A stretch of DNA of 64,000 nucleotides, taken from NCBI GenBank assembly GCA_963924565.1, contig OZ004607.1:25358001-25422000 (forward strand), in the 5' to 3' direction. Below the pieces are notes generated by a model. It was not told the DNA's origin, did no database searches, and saw only the letters and a list, made by a program, of their open reading frames with translations. The stretch's first letter is position 1, and each line of letters starts with the position of its first letter. This DNA is from Ascidiella aspersa. Its lineage: Eukaryota. The translations under genes were made by a program, and so were the position numbers. Positions 37,801 through 49,510 of this stretch are shown here, piece after piece.

Positions 37801-38538
37801 TGCTGATTGCTCGGCTGCCATAGTCACCAAATCGTCAGCATTCTGCCATACTGCATGTATTTATTTATTTTTATTGTGATGACTACAACTAAAGAATAGC
37901 TGCTTTCAATAATTTAAATGTTTTGACAAATTGAATGTTTTTAGGTTTTACAAGGGCTTGGTGCCTCTTTGGAGCAGGCAAATTCCCTACACAATGATGA
38001 AGTTTGCTTGTTTTGAGCGTACTGTTGAAGCTCTCTACAAGTATGTTGTACCAAAACCCAGAGAGGAGTGCAATAAGTCTGAACAGCTTGCGGTAACATT
38101 TGTAGCAGGATACATTGCTGGTGTGTTTTGTGCAGTGGTGTCTCACCCTTCCGATTCTGTGGTTTCAATGTTAAATAAAGAAAGTGGAAGCTCTTCAATA
38201 GAAGTGCTAAAAAAGCTTGGTTACAAAGGTATGTTTCACTTTAAAAATTAAATACTCCAAGAAAGATGTTTAAAAGTATCTTTAACTTGAACATTATTTT
38301 AAACATTTTTTCTTTTATAAATTTGACTGTTTTAGTCACGGTATATTCTTAATTTTCAGGTGTTTGGAAAGGCTTGTCAACCCGAATCTACATGATTGGT
38401 GCCATTACTTCAATGCAGTGGTTTATTTATGACTCTGTAAAAGTATATTTTCGAATGCCGAGGCCACCACCACCGGAGATGCCAGAAACATTGCGACTTA
38501 AGCTTAAGTTAGAGTCCCAGAGTAACAGTGAAGGATAG
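34883..38538 (+). CDS. SLC25A3: Mitochondrial phosphate carrier paralog A (divergent; apparent 46-nt frameshifting deletion in exon 4, possible pseudogene)
   Basis: Exons 34883-34961, 35076-35200, 35383-35562, 37147-37282, 37945-38228, 38360-38538. Motifs [68 protein letters not shown]. Exon 4 is 136 nt versus 182 nt in paralog B. Confidence 0.85.
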
Positions 38539-40818
38539 AGTATTATCAATATTAAAACTAAATTTATAAAATTATTATTATTATCAAAAAAGTAGGACAT
38601 TTGCTTAAATTAAAATATTAAAATGTTGAAGCTTATTTGTGTTTTAATGTATCCCCAACAGTTTTAGTAAGATTTTTACAGCAACACGCTTGGTATAAGA
38701 GCTTTGGATCAACTGACCAGCATAATCCCGTCTCCCATGTGTATGATTTTTTTTCTGATCGCTTATATTTTAAATAATATGTTAAAAAGGTAAGCACTGA
38801 GTATTAGGTTGCCTATTAGTTGGTTTTGATCAGCAATAACAGCTGAATTTTTGCCATGAAACATACAAGCAATTATCTTGTTCATTAAAGTTTTTATCAA
38901 ACCGAGTACCTCAACGTCTGGCATCTATTAATGCATTGTAATATTGTATATTAGAATATCTTGTTAAGCAATGTTCACCTGTTTAATATTTGATTATGAC
39001 CTTAACATAGTTTATCTTGATGGGACGTTTCTTGTTGCACATTGCCTTTCGACACGGATTTTTTTAATTTGTTTTAAAATTGTTAAATTTTATTAAAAAA
39101 AATGTTGTAATATTCGGTAATGCGATATTAGTCACTGATTGTATTCGTTGTATACATACCGAAATACGGTTTAAAAAGTATGAAAACAGAAAAATATTTC
39201 TAAAAACTTGACATGATAACATTTGCATGTTAGCTTTCTAGCGCTGCCCAAGGAATGTAATGTTTTGAATAAACCAAGCTGCGCCCAAAATAACACTTTT
39301 TTATGTTTACCCATTCCCATGTTAGTTCGCTAATGTCGTTTGACAGCTTTAGCGGCGTTACGTTAATACGTATCAATGCGAGCAATATGTTAGCGCATAT
39401 TAAAACTTTAGTTATTAATTGTTTTAAACGCCGAAAGTCCAGCGTTGCGTGCACGGTCTTATTCTGGCGTTTTAACAGTGCTGTTAGGTATTTACTGTTT
39501 TTTATTGTCTGTGTTTGAATTGCGCAAACAGCATAAAAGTGAATAAACTTGATAATCTAGCAGAAATTGCATTTCGTGGAGAGTCCGACTACATGTCGGT
39601 AGGTAGGCTGTGGCCTTTGGACACATTGTAAGAATGAAAGAATTACACGTCCGTTGAATTGGTTCAATTTAGCTTTGTATTTAGGTAGTTAAATTTACCA
39701 GTATAAAGTTCGGTGACACGAGGTCCCTCGATCTGACCCCGATTACGATTTATATACTCTATAGCAGAGGTCGGCAACCTTTTTTTGCAGGCCAAAACTA
39801 TACTCGGCAAGTTTGACTGTAATAAATTTGCATTAAAAATTTTGTTGCTAGTACTTGGGCGTTTTAAACAATTTAATCAATGAGACACGGACACAGTATG
39901 TTTATGCTATTTAAAAGTCTAATTTTATCCAGGAAGAAGGTGGCGAAGAGTTTTTAATTTGTGATGAGACATCCCGCATTGGGCGCACAAAATATGTGCA
40001 CATTGCTCGATAAAGTGGTGATTAATATTGCGATTTTGGCAAAACAGAATTTTTTGAGATCAATTGCCCCACAGATTTATTGCTGCACAGAAATCCAGTA
40101 AAACCTTTGCGTGAAGCACAAAAACATATATTGCGGTTAAAGACACCAAGATTGTATGATATGCTATAATTTCGCAGAAATAACATTTTTGAAAAAGCTC
40201 CACGAGAATCGATGATCACAAAGAAAAATCTAAAATAGGCCAGGAGGGAAAACATATCTTGCCGTGAAGCCTTAGCCACTCAGGGATTGTCGCTCTACCA
40301 ACTGAGTTTACATATTATGTGTCACTATCTTGGCCAGCACAAGTTTCTCGAAGGCTAGATCGCGGTGTACTCATTTGTAGAAATGTTTCACTTATTTATA
40401 GTTTTTGATATAACTAGTAATAATCGTATTCAAATTCGCGCAACGCACTATGAAATACATTTATGATAGACTAATTTTGGTGAAAAATTCTTAGTAAAAT
40501 ATATATTTTTTAGCACTTCGTGCGAACTTTTGCCGGTTCCAATTAAATCTATTTAGATAAAAACGCTATGTAGGCTATACTAAATGTGGTGTATAATGCG
40601 ACTTACAAAACTCTACAAATGCAATTTCTGTTAATTACCTAAGCTATAAATGTTATTATTTCGAGCAGTATGGAAATATTTTTTTAAATGAAGTGTTGCG
40701 ATTTTAAAACAAATAAATGCGTTTTTCGCGCTACGTACGATTAGACTGGATATCAGCTCTATATTAGCGCATGAGTTAGAGGCGCCAACCATTTCTAAAG
40801 GAAGTGCTGCGAGCTCTA

Positions 40819-43627
40819 GGGGAGACCGGGGCGTGTTGATACAATTTTGACATATTATCTAATAACTTGTTTATCTTTTGAATAAATAAAATAAAACCTT
40901 CGCCATACAAAAATTCACTCTTTTAGCAATAAGTTGCCACAGGTTCTATAAAAATATTTTGTTCACCGGAAAAGTTATGACCTTTTAAAAAAGACAAAAA
41001 ATGTGGTACAACGTGCCCCGTGCACGGGTCGGTTGTAACACCTGATGGGGCAAATTGTAACAAATTAAAACAACCGCATAAACACATTGGAAATGTATTT
41101 TTGTTGTTATATTTCAACGAAATGTCAAATTCAAAAGGTAAATGCAACAGACAGTGTTAGCCTACGATGCAAAATGGCTTAAAGTTTTCATCATCCGAGT
41201 CGCAGTTGTGACATAAATACGAATAATTCATGTCGGGGGTGCACGCTTTGTGGGCCCACAAGTGACATCTGACACATTGAATCCAAACCTCTTTTGTTTT
41301 AGAATTTTGGAAATGTTCCATACATACCAAACAGTAATTTTCTTCGTCGTCCGAAGAATCCGTTTGCTTGTTGTTGGGTTGTTTAAATTTATTTTGTTGA
41401 CTTTTTGGGCAGAATTATTTTTCTTTTAGCTTTAGCAGACTTCTGTCTCTCCGCCTCTTCCATTGCTTTCTTGACTGGCGTATCCGTTAAAATTTCTGCT
41501 TGCATCTTTTTTCGTTTGGATACAACTATTTTTCTTGATGGTGCTTTTGGCAATGGACGAAGTTCTTCAGGACTAAAGTTAGAATGAGGTTCGCATGCGG
41601 AAGAAGTTGATGGACTTTGACGTAAGAAGTCCGATCCTGTGGAATGCGAAGACAGAAGAGCTGGTGGCAGACCATGTTGAGACAACAAAGCTGTCCCAAT
41701 GGGAGCTGGAGGCAAATTGCCAGACGATGAAGCTTCTTTAGCATCTTGAGTCAAAAAAGATGTTTGAAGGGGAGCTGGAGGCAAATTGCCAGACGATGAA
41801 GGTTCTTCTTCATGTTGAGCCTATAAAGAGGAGTCTAGGAGAGCTAGGTCAGGCCGATCAGTCACCTGTGAAGGAGAAAATTCGTGTTCTTCAAATATAT
41901 CGGAGTTGAAGGGACAGATTCCTGTGCAACGGAATCCTGACTGAATGTTATTTGGCGTTGTTGCCAGTGGAAGAGAGGTTTTCACAAGCCCAGGAATATT
42001 ATAAATCGTCATGTTTTTTCCGGGGTTCATTTTTATCCAAGCGTCACTGGCACCATTAACAAATTTTTTTAGACGTCCATAAACATTACGATCGAGCGGC
42101 TGAAGTTTGTGGCTGCAGTGAGGAGGAAACGAAAGAAGTATGACACCATTTTGCTTACAATAATCTATGGCTGCAATTGTACGGTGGGAGCTATGATTGT
42201 CGAGCAAAAGCAAAACCTTTCGTTCAACTGTGACTTTAGTGTAGCTAACAAAGCGTTTAAGGAAAATAAGAAAGTTGTCCTGTTGCATCCATCCGGATTT
42301 GTTTCCGGATCCTATGCAGCCATGGGGACCATCTCGAACAAAGTGATCGGCATATCGAGACCGAGGGAAAACAAACATGGACGGTATTGTATTTCCGATG
42401 GCGTTTATTGCACAAGCAAGAGTGACTAACGTGGCCCTCTCACCTGAGGTGAAGGCACCGACCTGTTTTACCCTCGTTTTGCGATAACACGGTTAGGAAC
42501 TTGAACAGTGGTAATACCTGTTTCGTCGACATTCCAAATATCGTTACCATTCAACTTATGGTTTGTTATCACACCATCTAGTTTGGAAAAAAACACACCG
42601 ACATTGTGTTTGTCAAAACTCGTAGCCCTTGACAGACTCGTTGCTTTCTGCATCGTTGAGTTTCTTTTGATGCAGCCAGTAAACCAAAAATTGCACTTGT
42701 ATTTCACTGCAAGTTCGTAAGCGAATTCTCGGACCTAAACAAAATTAAACTTGCTTTCCAAAATTTCAAGTACAGCCTACTTATAATTTATGTGATTTAG
42801 AAATCATATCACCGATTCTACAAAAGCAATATGAAGTAAGTGTAATATCTTACATTTTTGGAGACAATCCGTAATAAGCATCCGCTGACATCAAGAGATA
42901 TTTTGTCAACTCCATTTCTTGCAACTCCGTGAATACTTGAGTAGCACTGCGGTAACCAACAGAAGGCAATTCATTTGAACCACTATCTTCTAACTTCTGT
43001 TTTGCTTTACAAAATCTAGACAACGTGACATGGCAAATAGAATATTCTTTTGCTACTGATCGAATAGATTTTCCTTGGTTTTTCAAATCGTTGGCAGCTC
43101 TTGCAAGTTCTGACACAGGCGTAGTACCTCTGTCAGTTTTTCGTTTAAAGTTTCTCACCATGGCTGAAAATATTTAAAGATTTAGTACATTATACTGTTT
43201 CGACGGGGTCAGTTGTAACACCTTTTAAATGTTACAACCAGCCCCGTCAATTTTGTTACAACCGACCCAGGCCCATGTCAGCCATTAATTGCCTTCGTTC
43301 ACCACTTGCCCAGTCAACTGGCTAGTTCATAAAGTATGCAATAATAAACTATAATAATTGCTAAATCCGATTGTATGCTTTCCAATTTTTTAAGTTAAAT
43401 GGTTAAACAACACTAACAAAAACTAAAAAAAGTTACTTTCTTACCTGAAATATATGTTTTTGTCCACAACTTTGTTTGTACTGCACGTAGCCTGCTCAAA
43501 CTTTCAATGGCGGAAATGAACCGAAAGGCACATGCGCATTGTTAATCACGTGATTTCAGCGTGTCCATGGGTGGCGCAATTTAGAGTGTTACAATCGACC
43601 CGTGTTACTTTACGCCCCGGTCTCCCC
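40819..43627 (-). mobile_element. pogo-type (Tc1/mariner superfamily, DDE_1) DNA transposon, both ends intact but transposase decayed
   Basis: Perfect 16-bp TIR ggggagaccggggcgt (40819-40834, 43612-43627) flanked by TA on both sides. Transposase motifs IWNVDETG, LLLLDNHSSH, FPPHCSHKLQPLD. Confidence 0.95.
41157..43161 (-). pseudogene. pogo-type transposase: N-terminal HTH, DDE_1 domain, C-terminal PHD finger, one intron
   Basis: ORF pieces 42850-43161, 42468-42707, 41821-42378, 41389-41784, plus PHD CLVC...WIQCVRCHLWAHKAC...LCHNC at ~41157-41360. GT-AG intron at ~42735-42853. Contains stops and frameshifts. Confidence 0.88.
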
Positions 43628-44118
43628 TACTGGAATATTTAACCCATTATAATTTTACTGGTTCTATTGCGTTTGTTGTTAACTTTGCCGACTTGCTGTC
43701 CTACTTTACATCAAAATTACACATGTGTATATAGGTAACTGAAGAAAACTGGTAATGATTTTGCGTTTTGGGAACTTTTGGGCTACCATCTTTGAATAGT
43801 TTGTTTGTTTTAGGATTAGGCCTATATTTGATACTTAATTTGGCCGATTTTGACTGTGTTTAGTCAGAACATTATAATATGGTTGACGGAGAACTAAGTT
43901 GTGCAAAAGGGTTAAAAGCACTATGCCACTGTAAAGGGCATAATTTATTACCGACTAAGAGCTTTTGTGTTTACCGTATGTTTTATGATGTTTCTGCTTG
44001 TGTGACAGTATTATTGCCTATGCCCAAGCAACGCTAACTCACACCAAAATGTTAAATGCTAAATGGCTAGTTCCGCCACTATCACTGCGGTCAGCATTTG
44101 GATTGTCTGTATATAGCT

Positions 44119-45767
44119 CAGTGGTTCTCAACCTTTTTTTCACCGCGTACCACATCGCGGTTTTATGATCTTGTTGCGTACCAACAAATTATCGAAAAAC
44201 TCAACTTTACCCAAAATGTATATAGGATTATTAACAAGGGCCGATTAGCTAACTAGTTAGCCCGGAATTTTCCAAACAAATGCGGCCCACTACTCACGAA
44301 AAAGTTTAAAAAAGATCATCCGGTGAGTTAATTATTCACCGGAAAATAATGCACTAATTCGGTTCTAAGCTGATTCAGATGACATCCGATTTCTCGACAT
44401 AATTTATCATTGGGTTGCCTTTGAAGTTAGGTTAAAAATCTGAAAATTACGTTGTGCTTACTCTCCATGTTTTGCGTCCAGATGCCCAGCTTGCAAATAA
44501 ATGCTTCCAGCTTGGAGATAAAATCTGAATAAAGCTGTTAGGTCCTTAGAAAACCAAGTTATGTTGTTAAGAGTTTCAAAAATATCTGACAAGTAAGCCA
44601 ACCTCCAAATAAATGCATCATTTTCCAAATCGTTTTTAAAATCGGATTTTTTTTTGTCTGCAAAATACAACCAACTCATTCCTCAATTCAAAGACTCTTC
44701 TTGTCGGTAAAGGTGACATTTGTGATCGGAACAAAGATCTTCGCAAAGCCTAGCAAACAATCATGTAATCAACACTGGCACTTTTTATAAAATCCACAAG
44801 TTGAATGATTCGGTGCAAACATGCTAATAATTCTGGTGGTATTACTATGGCACAAACAGCAAACCTGTGTATGTAATACTGGACAAGCGTGACTTTTTGT
44901 GAAACAGCTTTTACATAGGCTTGAATCCCTGATTTTTGGCCGAGCATAGAGAGAGCACCATCAGCCTTACATTACTAACTAAAATTTGTCAAAAAGACTA
45001 AAAATATGTTTGCCTTTTGTTGTATCAGATAGTTCTTCACTCATCAGCAACTCAGTTTTCACGTCGTTATTTTGTGTGTATCGGGAATATACTGTACAAG
45101 TAATTGGCCGCAGATGGTGACGTCGGTCGATTCGTCAACCTGAATGGCGAACCCAAACTTAAGTTAATCAGCAATGTCAGCTGACATTTATTTTATTCGG
45201 CGCATTACAGTGTCATTGAAAAGAGACACAATATCCAATTTTGCCACACCTTTTTCTCCAATTAGCCGCCTGACAAGCACTTTTGCTGCTGGTAGGATTA
45301 GCATTTAAGCAATGGTATGAGCTTTCAAATTGTGGACAACGTGAAGGGAAACTTCATAGAATGCTTTGACAAACCCTGCCATCTTCTGGTAGTTCTGCCC
45401 TGTCTGGTATAAGCGATGTTTCTTTAAATTTTAACCAAATCGCTCGAAACAGCTCTCATTTCTATCTTTCCTTTTTGGGTGGTTTGACTCAAGATGACGT
45501 TTAAGTTTTGTGTTTCTTTGTTGTTTTGCTATGAATTCATCAATAAATTTGGATAGATGTTCTGGAAAGATAATAATTCCTATCATTGATGACGTATAAA
45601 ATATTTAACTATACAATCATTACGGTGAATGTATAGCTTATTACAATAGAAAAAAATTGCTAAACGGTTTGTTAAAACTGTAATTTTACTTAAAAACAAA
45701 CTGCGTACCACCTAAACTGACTTCGCGTACCACTAGTGGTACGCGTACCACAGGTTGAGAACCACTG
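44119..45767 (-). mobile_element. Buster-type hAT element with internally deleted, decayed transposase
   Basis: TIR cagtggttctcaacct / aggttgagaaccactg and subterminal cgcgtaccac repeats. Minus-strand remnants KLKRHL, ILPAAK, FAIQVDESTDVT, RLAYLSDIFETLN. Flanks atatagct / gatagct (imperfect TSD). Confidence 0.88.
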
Positions 45768-46605
45768 GATAGCTACTTAGACCGTTATCCGCTTGAAAAC
45801 TAACTTGTTCTTTTTTTCGTCGATCTATAGTTTGAAACTGGTTGTTGGTTCATCAACTAATACAATTCTAATCACCAGAACGTCTTGTTGTGGCTCGCGA
45901 GTTAGACACGCACCTTTGAAGTTGGAGTCAGAACGTAAGCGTCATTTAGAACGCTCTTCTGTTTGAATAAACTATTAGGCTATAACCTCAACAAACTAAA
46001 CTCGTGCCCCACACCACCCTCTCCACAAATGTGTTTTTGCAACTTTAACAACAATAAAAAAAAATAGCTTTTCGCAAACCACTAGTCTCTATGATAGAAA
46101 TCAGTGGTGCAAACCTGTCGTTAATATTTTACAATTGGTTAGCGCCGGGGAACTCGGGCTTTTTGCGCGACTTTGTTATGTTATTTGCCGGATTAACATT
46201 GCATTGTGTGTCCTGTACACCTTTTAAACACGATTTATACAGTGTTTAATTTTGGCGCTCCTGGCAGAATTTTAGCGTGGTTTCTGTGCAAACATGTTTT
46301 TTTCTCGAATCTCTCGTAAACCCCAACTATAAATTAAGATAACATTGGTTTTGTTTGGGGGCTTTCCCGTTTGGTAAAACTTTTCTAAATAAATAGTTTT
46401 ACAAAATAAGACAAATAAATAAGGATATTAAAACATTTACACTGAAGCCATTTTTACTCAAAAGTATAAACATATTTTTAAGCCTTCTTTTGCCTTCCCA
46501 CTTTTGTTTAACCAAGTAGAAGTAATCCTACCGTAGTTTTTTTACAGTTACGAAACGAGTTGTCAAAATTGAAATTTCAAGGAGCAAATAAATATAGGAA
46601 AATAG

Positions 46606-46811
46606 GGCGCTGGTCTAGAATCCTACCACAACGCACACTGTTTGGGTTAGGTTGCGGGTTAGCGTTTTGGGTTAGGGTGGGTCAAGTATTATTATTAAAT
46701 AAAGAATATAATGACACTTGACCCACCCACACCCAAACACTAGTAACCGGCACCCTAACTCAAATATTGTGCGTTGATTTTATAATTGTGGTAGGATTCT
46801 AGACCAGCGCC
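46606..46811. mobile_element. Fold-back MITE, GGCGC-TIR family with 8-bp TSD (possibly Merlin-like)
   Basis: Perfect 25-bp TIR ggcgctggtctagaatcctaccaca; perfect TSD gaaaatag (46598-46605, 46812-46819); the interior is also quasi-palindromic. Confidence 0.92.
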
Positions 46812-46891
46812 GAAAATAGATATATTAATAATACATGACCGTGATTTTATTTCAGAAACATATCAATTTTTGTAGGTGGGAAAAAGTAACA

Positions 46892-47569
46892 ATGCAAAGC
46901 AATATTACGCACGTTATTTTTGACATGGACGGATTGCTTTTAAATACAGAAGATTTGTACACTATAGCATTTCAAAACATTTGCAATCCTTATGGAAAAG
47001 TGTATGATTGGTCAGTAAAGCTTCCCATTATGGGCATGAAACCTGACATAGCAGCGGAATATGTTATCAAAACACTTTCCCTTCCCCTTTCTGTAGAACA
47101 ATTTCGTGCTAAAGTATCTACCCAGTTAGAAACTGTTTTTTCACAATCAAAGCTATTGCCAGGTGCCGAAAAATTGGTAAAGCATTTAAAAAAGAACAAC
47201 ATACCGATGGCAATATGCACTGGGTCATCTCGAGAGGCATATGAAGCAAAAACACGACATCTGGACGATTTTTTTCTAAACTTTGACCCTATAGTGTTAT
47301 GTGGATCAGATGCTGAGGTAAAAATGGGCAAGCCACACCCTGATGCTTATGAAGTGACGAAAAATCGATTTAAAGTAATTCCAAAGGCATCCGAGGTTTT
47401 AGTATTTGAAGATGCACCAAATGGAGTTACGGCTGCTTTGGCAGCTAACATGAGCGTAATCATGGTTCCTGACGAACATGTGCCAGTCAAACTCCGAGAA
47501 AGTGCAACCAAGTGCATTCAAAGTCTCGAGGACTTTGAACCTGAAGAGTTTGGATTGCCACCTTTCTAA
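46892..47569 (+). CDS. PUDP: Pseudouridine-5'-phosphatase (HAD hydrolase, HDHD1), intronless CDS, 225 aa
   Basis: HVIFDMDGLLLNTEDLY (motif I), AICTGS, GKPHPD, LVFEDAPNGVTAALAANM and C-terminal SLEDFEPEEFGLPPF. ATG 46892 follows a splice acceptor tttttgtAG at 46875. Confidence 0.93.
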   Translation: MQSNITHVIFDMDGLLLNTEDLYTIAFQNICNPYGKVYDWSVKLPIMGMKPDIAAEYVIKTLSLPLSVEQFRAKVSTQLETVFSQSKLLPGAEKLVKHLKKNNIPMAICTGSSREAYEAKTRHLDDFFLNFDPIVLCGSDAEVKMGKPHPDAYEVTKNRFKVIPKASEVLVFEDAPNGVTAALAANMSVIMVPDEHVPVKLRESATKCIQSLEDFEPEEFGLPPF

Positions 47570-49510
47570 AATATGCAATAGTATCAATCATATATTTTAA
47601 AACAAGATCCAAAATTGGTGTGTAATCTTTTAATTGTCTGCTTTGGGACAATCAGGAATTGATAAAAAACAATTCAACTATTTTTTTATTGTTAGGGAAT
47701 TTTACAAACTTAAACTGCATTTAACAAATCATTTTATGTAGGGTATTGCTCAGTGCGAAAAGTTTTCTGATGTCGAGTCTTGTAGTTCAATTATTTTTGT
47801 CTTAAAATAAATATATATCCCACAATAACTGTTTAACCTGTTTATCTTAATATTAGCCTGCAAGTTTTGCTTTACAGTCAATTTATGATAACTGTTATGC
47901 AAAGCCAGCTTGTGATAAACACTGTATTGCAAATTAAAATTCTACTAAAATTTTGACCACTTCTCAAAGAACCGTACTATGTATTTCATTACTATATCAT
48001 GTATTTTGTTTTTTTCTGCAATTGAACTTTTTATCCTATATATATTAATTGATTATTTTACTGACAATATATTAGATGATTATTTTTTTGTGTGTGGATT
48101 GCATTTACTTGCATTTCTCAACTGAAATTTTTATCATATTTTTTTCCATCCACATCAAGTAGAAAACAGTGTATGAAATGTTAAATGGGTTTTTAAAAAG
48201 TTTAACAGTTGTTTTATATTTAAATCCTTAACTTTCAGTCATTTTTTTTTAAACTTTTTTGGTTATTACGTTTCCAATCTACCTATTTTTTGCCAATTTT
48301 GTAAAATGTCCAATTTTTTTTAATATTTGTTTTTGGCCTTTTGAATAAATCTATTTAGCGTAAAGGTGCTATGCATAAATAGGCATGTTTTGCCATGTGA
48401 TATACTTCAGAAAGCAATTTCCGCTGAACTACACTATTAATTCTTTTTTCTGAGCAATATGAGAATCTCATTAATGTGCCAAATGGGTCACAGGCAATTT
48501 AAACCCAACAGAAATCAATTTTTGTGCTTCATGCGATTAAAACCGGATTTTGAACTGTGTTTTGTGTTCGTTTAAGAACAGGTGTTTTGTAGATTTTTTG
48601 TTTTATGCGTCACGTTATGACGTAACTTTTGTGACGTGACTCCGAAACAAATTAATGTCCCTTCCTAAACAACATCCTGGATACAGCCCCTGTCCACTCC
48701 AGGGGCTTTCAAGCTGGAACGAATATTAGAAAACATGCACATTAATAACTATACTTTGTGAACGTGGCAAGACGTGGATGCTGGATCAGCATTATATAGG
48801 CTTGCCATTTTTTAGAAACGTAAATCTGGGACGTATATTAAAAACTGCAAATAAACTTAATGTAGACCGAATACAAAAGATTTAATGCAGGTAATTAACT
48901 TAACGGGGTTGCGGTTGTTTTATATTTTGTCAGGAGGTATTTTCCAGGGCCCTATTTTTAAGGGTGGGCTGTCTAAGTAATTTAAATTGTAACAGAAAGT
49001 AATGTTCTGTATTGTGAATAAAATGAGTCGGGTAAATACTTTGTATAAGTAAAGTAAGAATCGGCCCTCGTGAAAGCTGCAACAATATTATACCGTACGT
49101 ACATGTTGGCAAAGGCGCTGTGTACATTGACAAATTCGTATTCCTGGACCAAATCATACTCAAGCATAAGTTAAACAAAATGTAGGATTCCATCAAGCTG
49201 GCCTCTTACAACTATTACATATTATGTTGTACGTCATTTGCTTGAGCCGCGTGTTATTGCCGGTGTGTAACGTCGTAAACATTTTAATTTTTTCCAAATA
49301 AAACATTTTAATTTCTACAATCGTTAATTGTTATATACCGCATATATGTTGGTCGTCCCTTGACTATTTTTTGCTTATTGTGCCTGAAATGTGTTAACTA
49401 AATGATTCCCCACAAATGGTGTTAGAGTCTTTTTTTTTTTTGTTTTTTTATTAATAAAATAAATAGCGAAAAAAAACGGACAAGAAAAACAAATCAAAAC
49501 AGTAAAGCTC

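Noticed and set aside
46643-46682. GGGTTAGGG motifs as interstitial telomeric repeats
   Set aside because: Non-tandem and part of the MITE interior in several copies.
46835-46891. N-terminal extension of PUDP in the ORF track
   Set aside because: Spans a splice acceptor at 46875; homology begins at ATG 46892.
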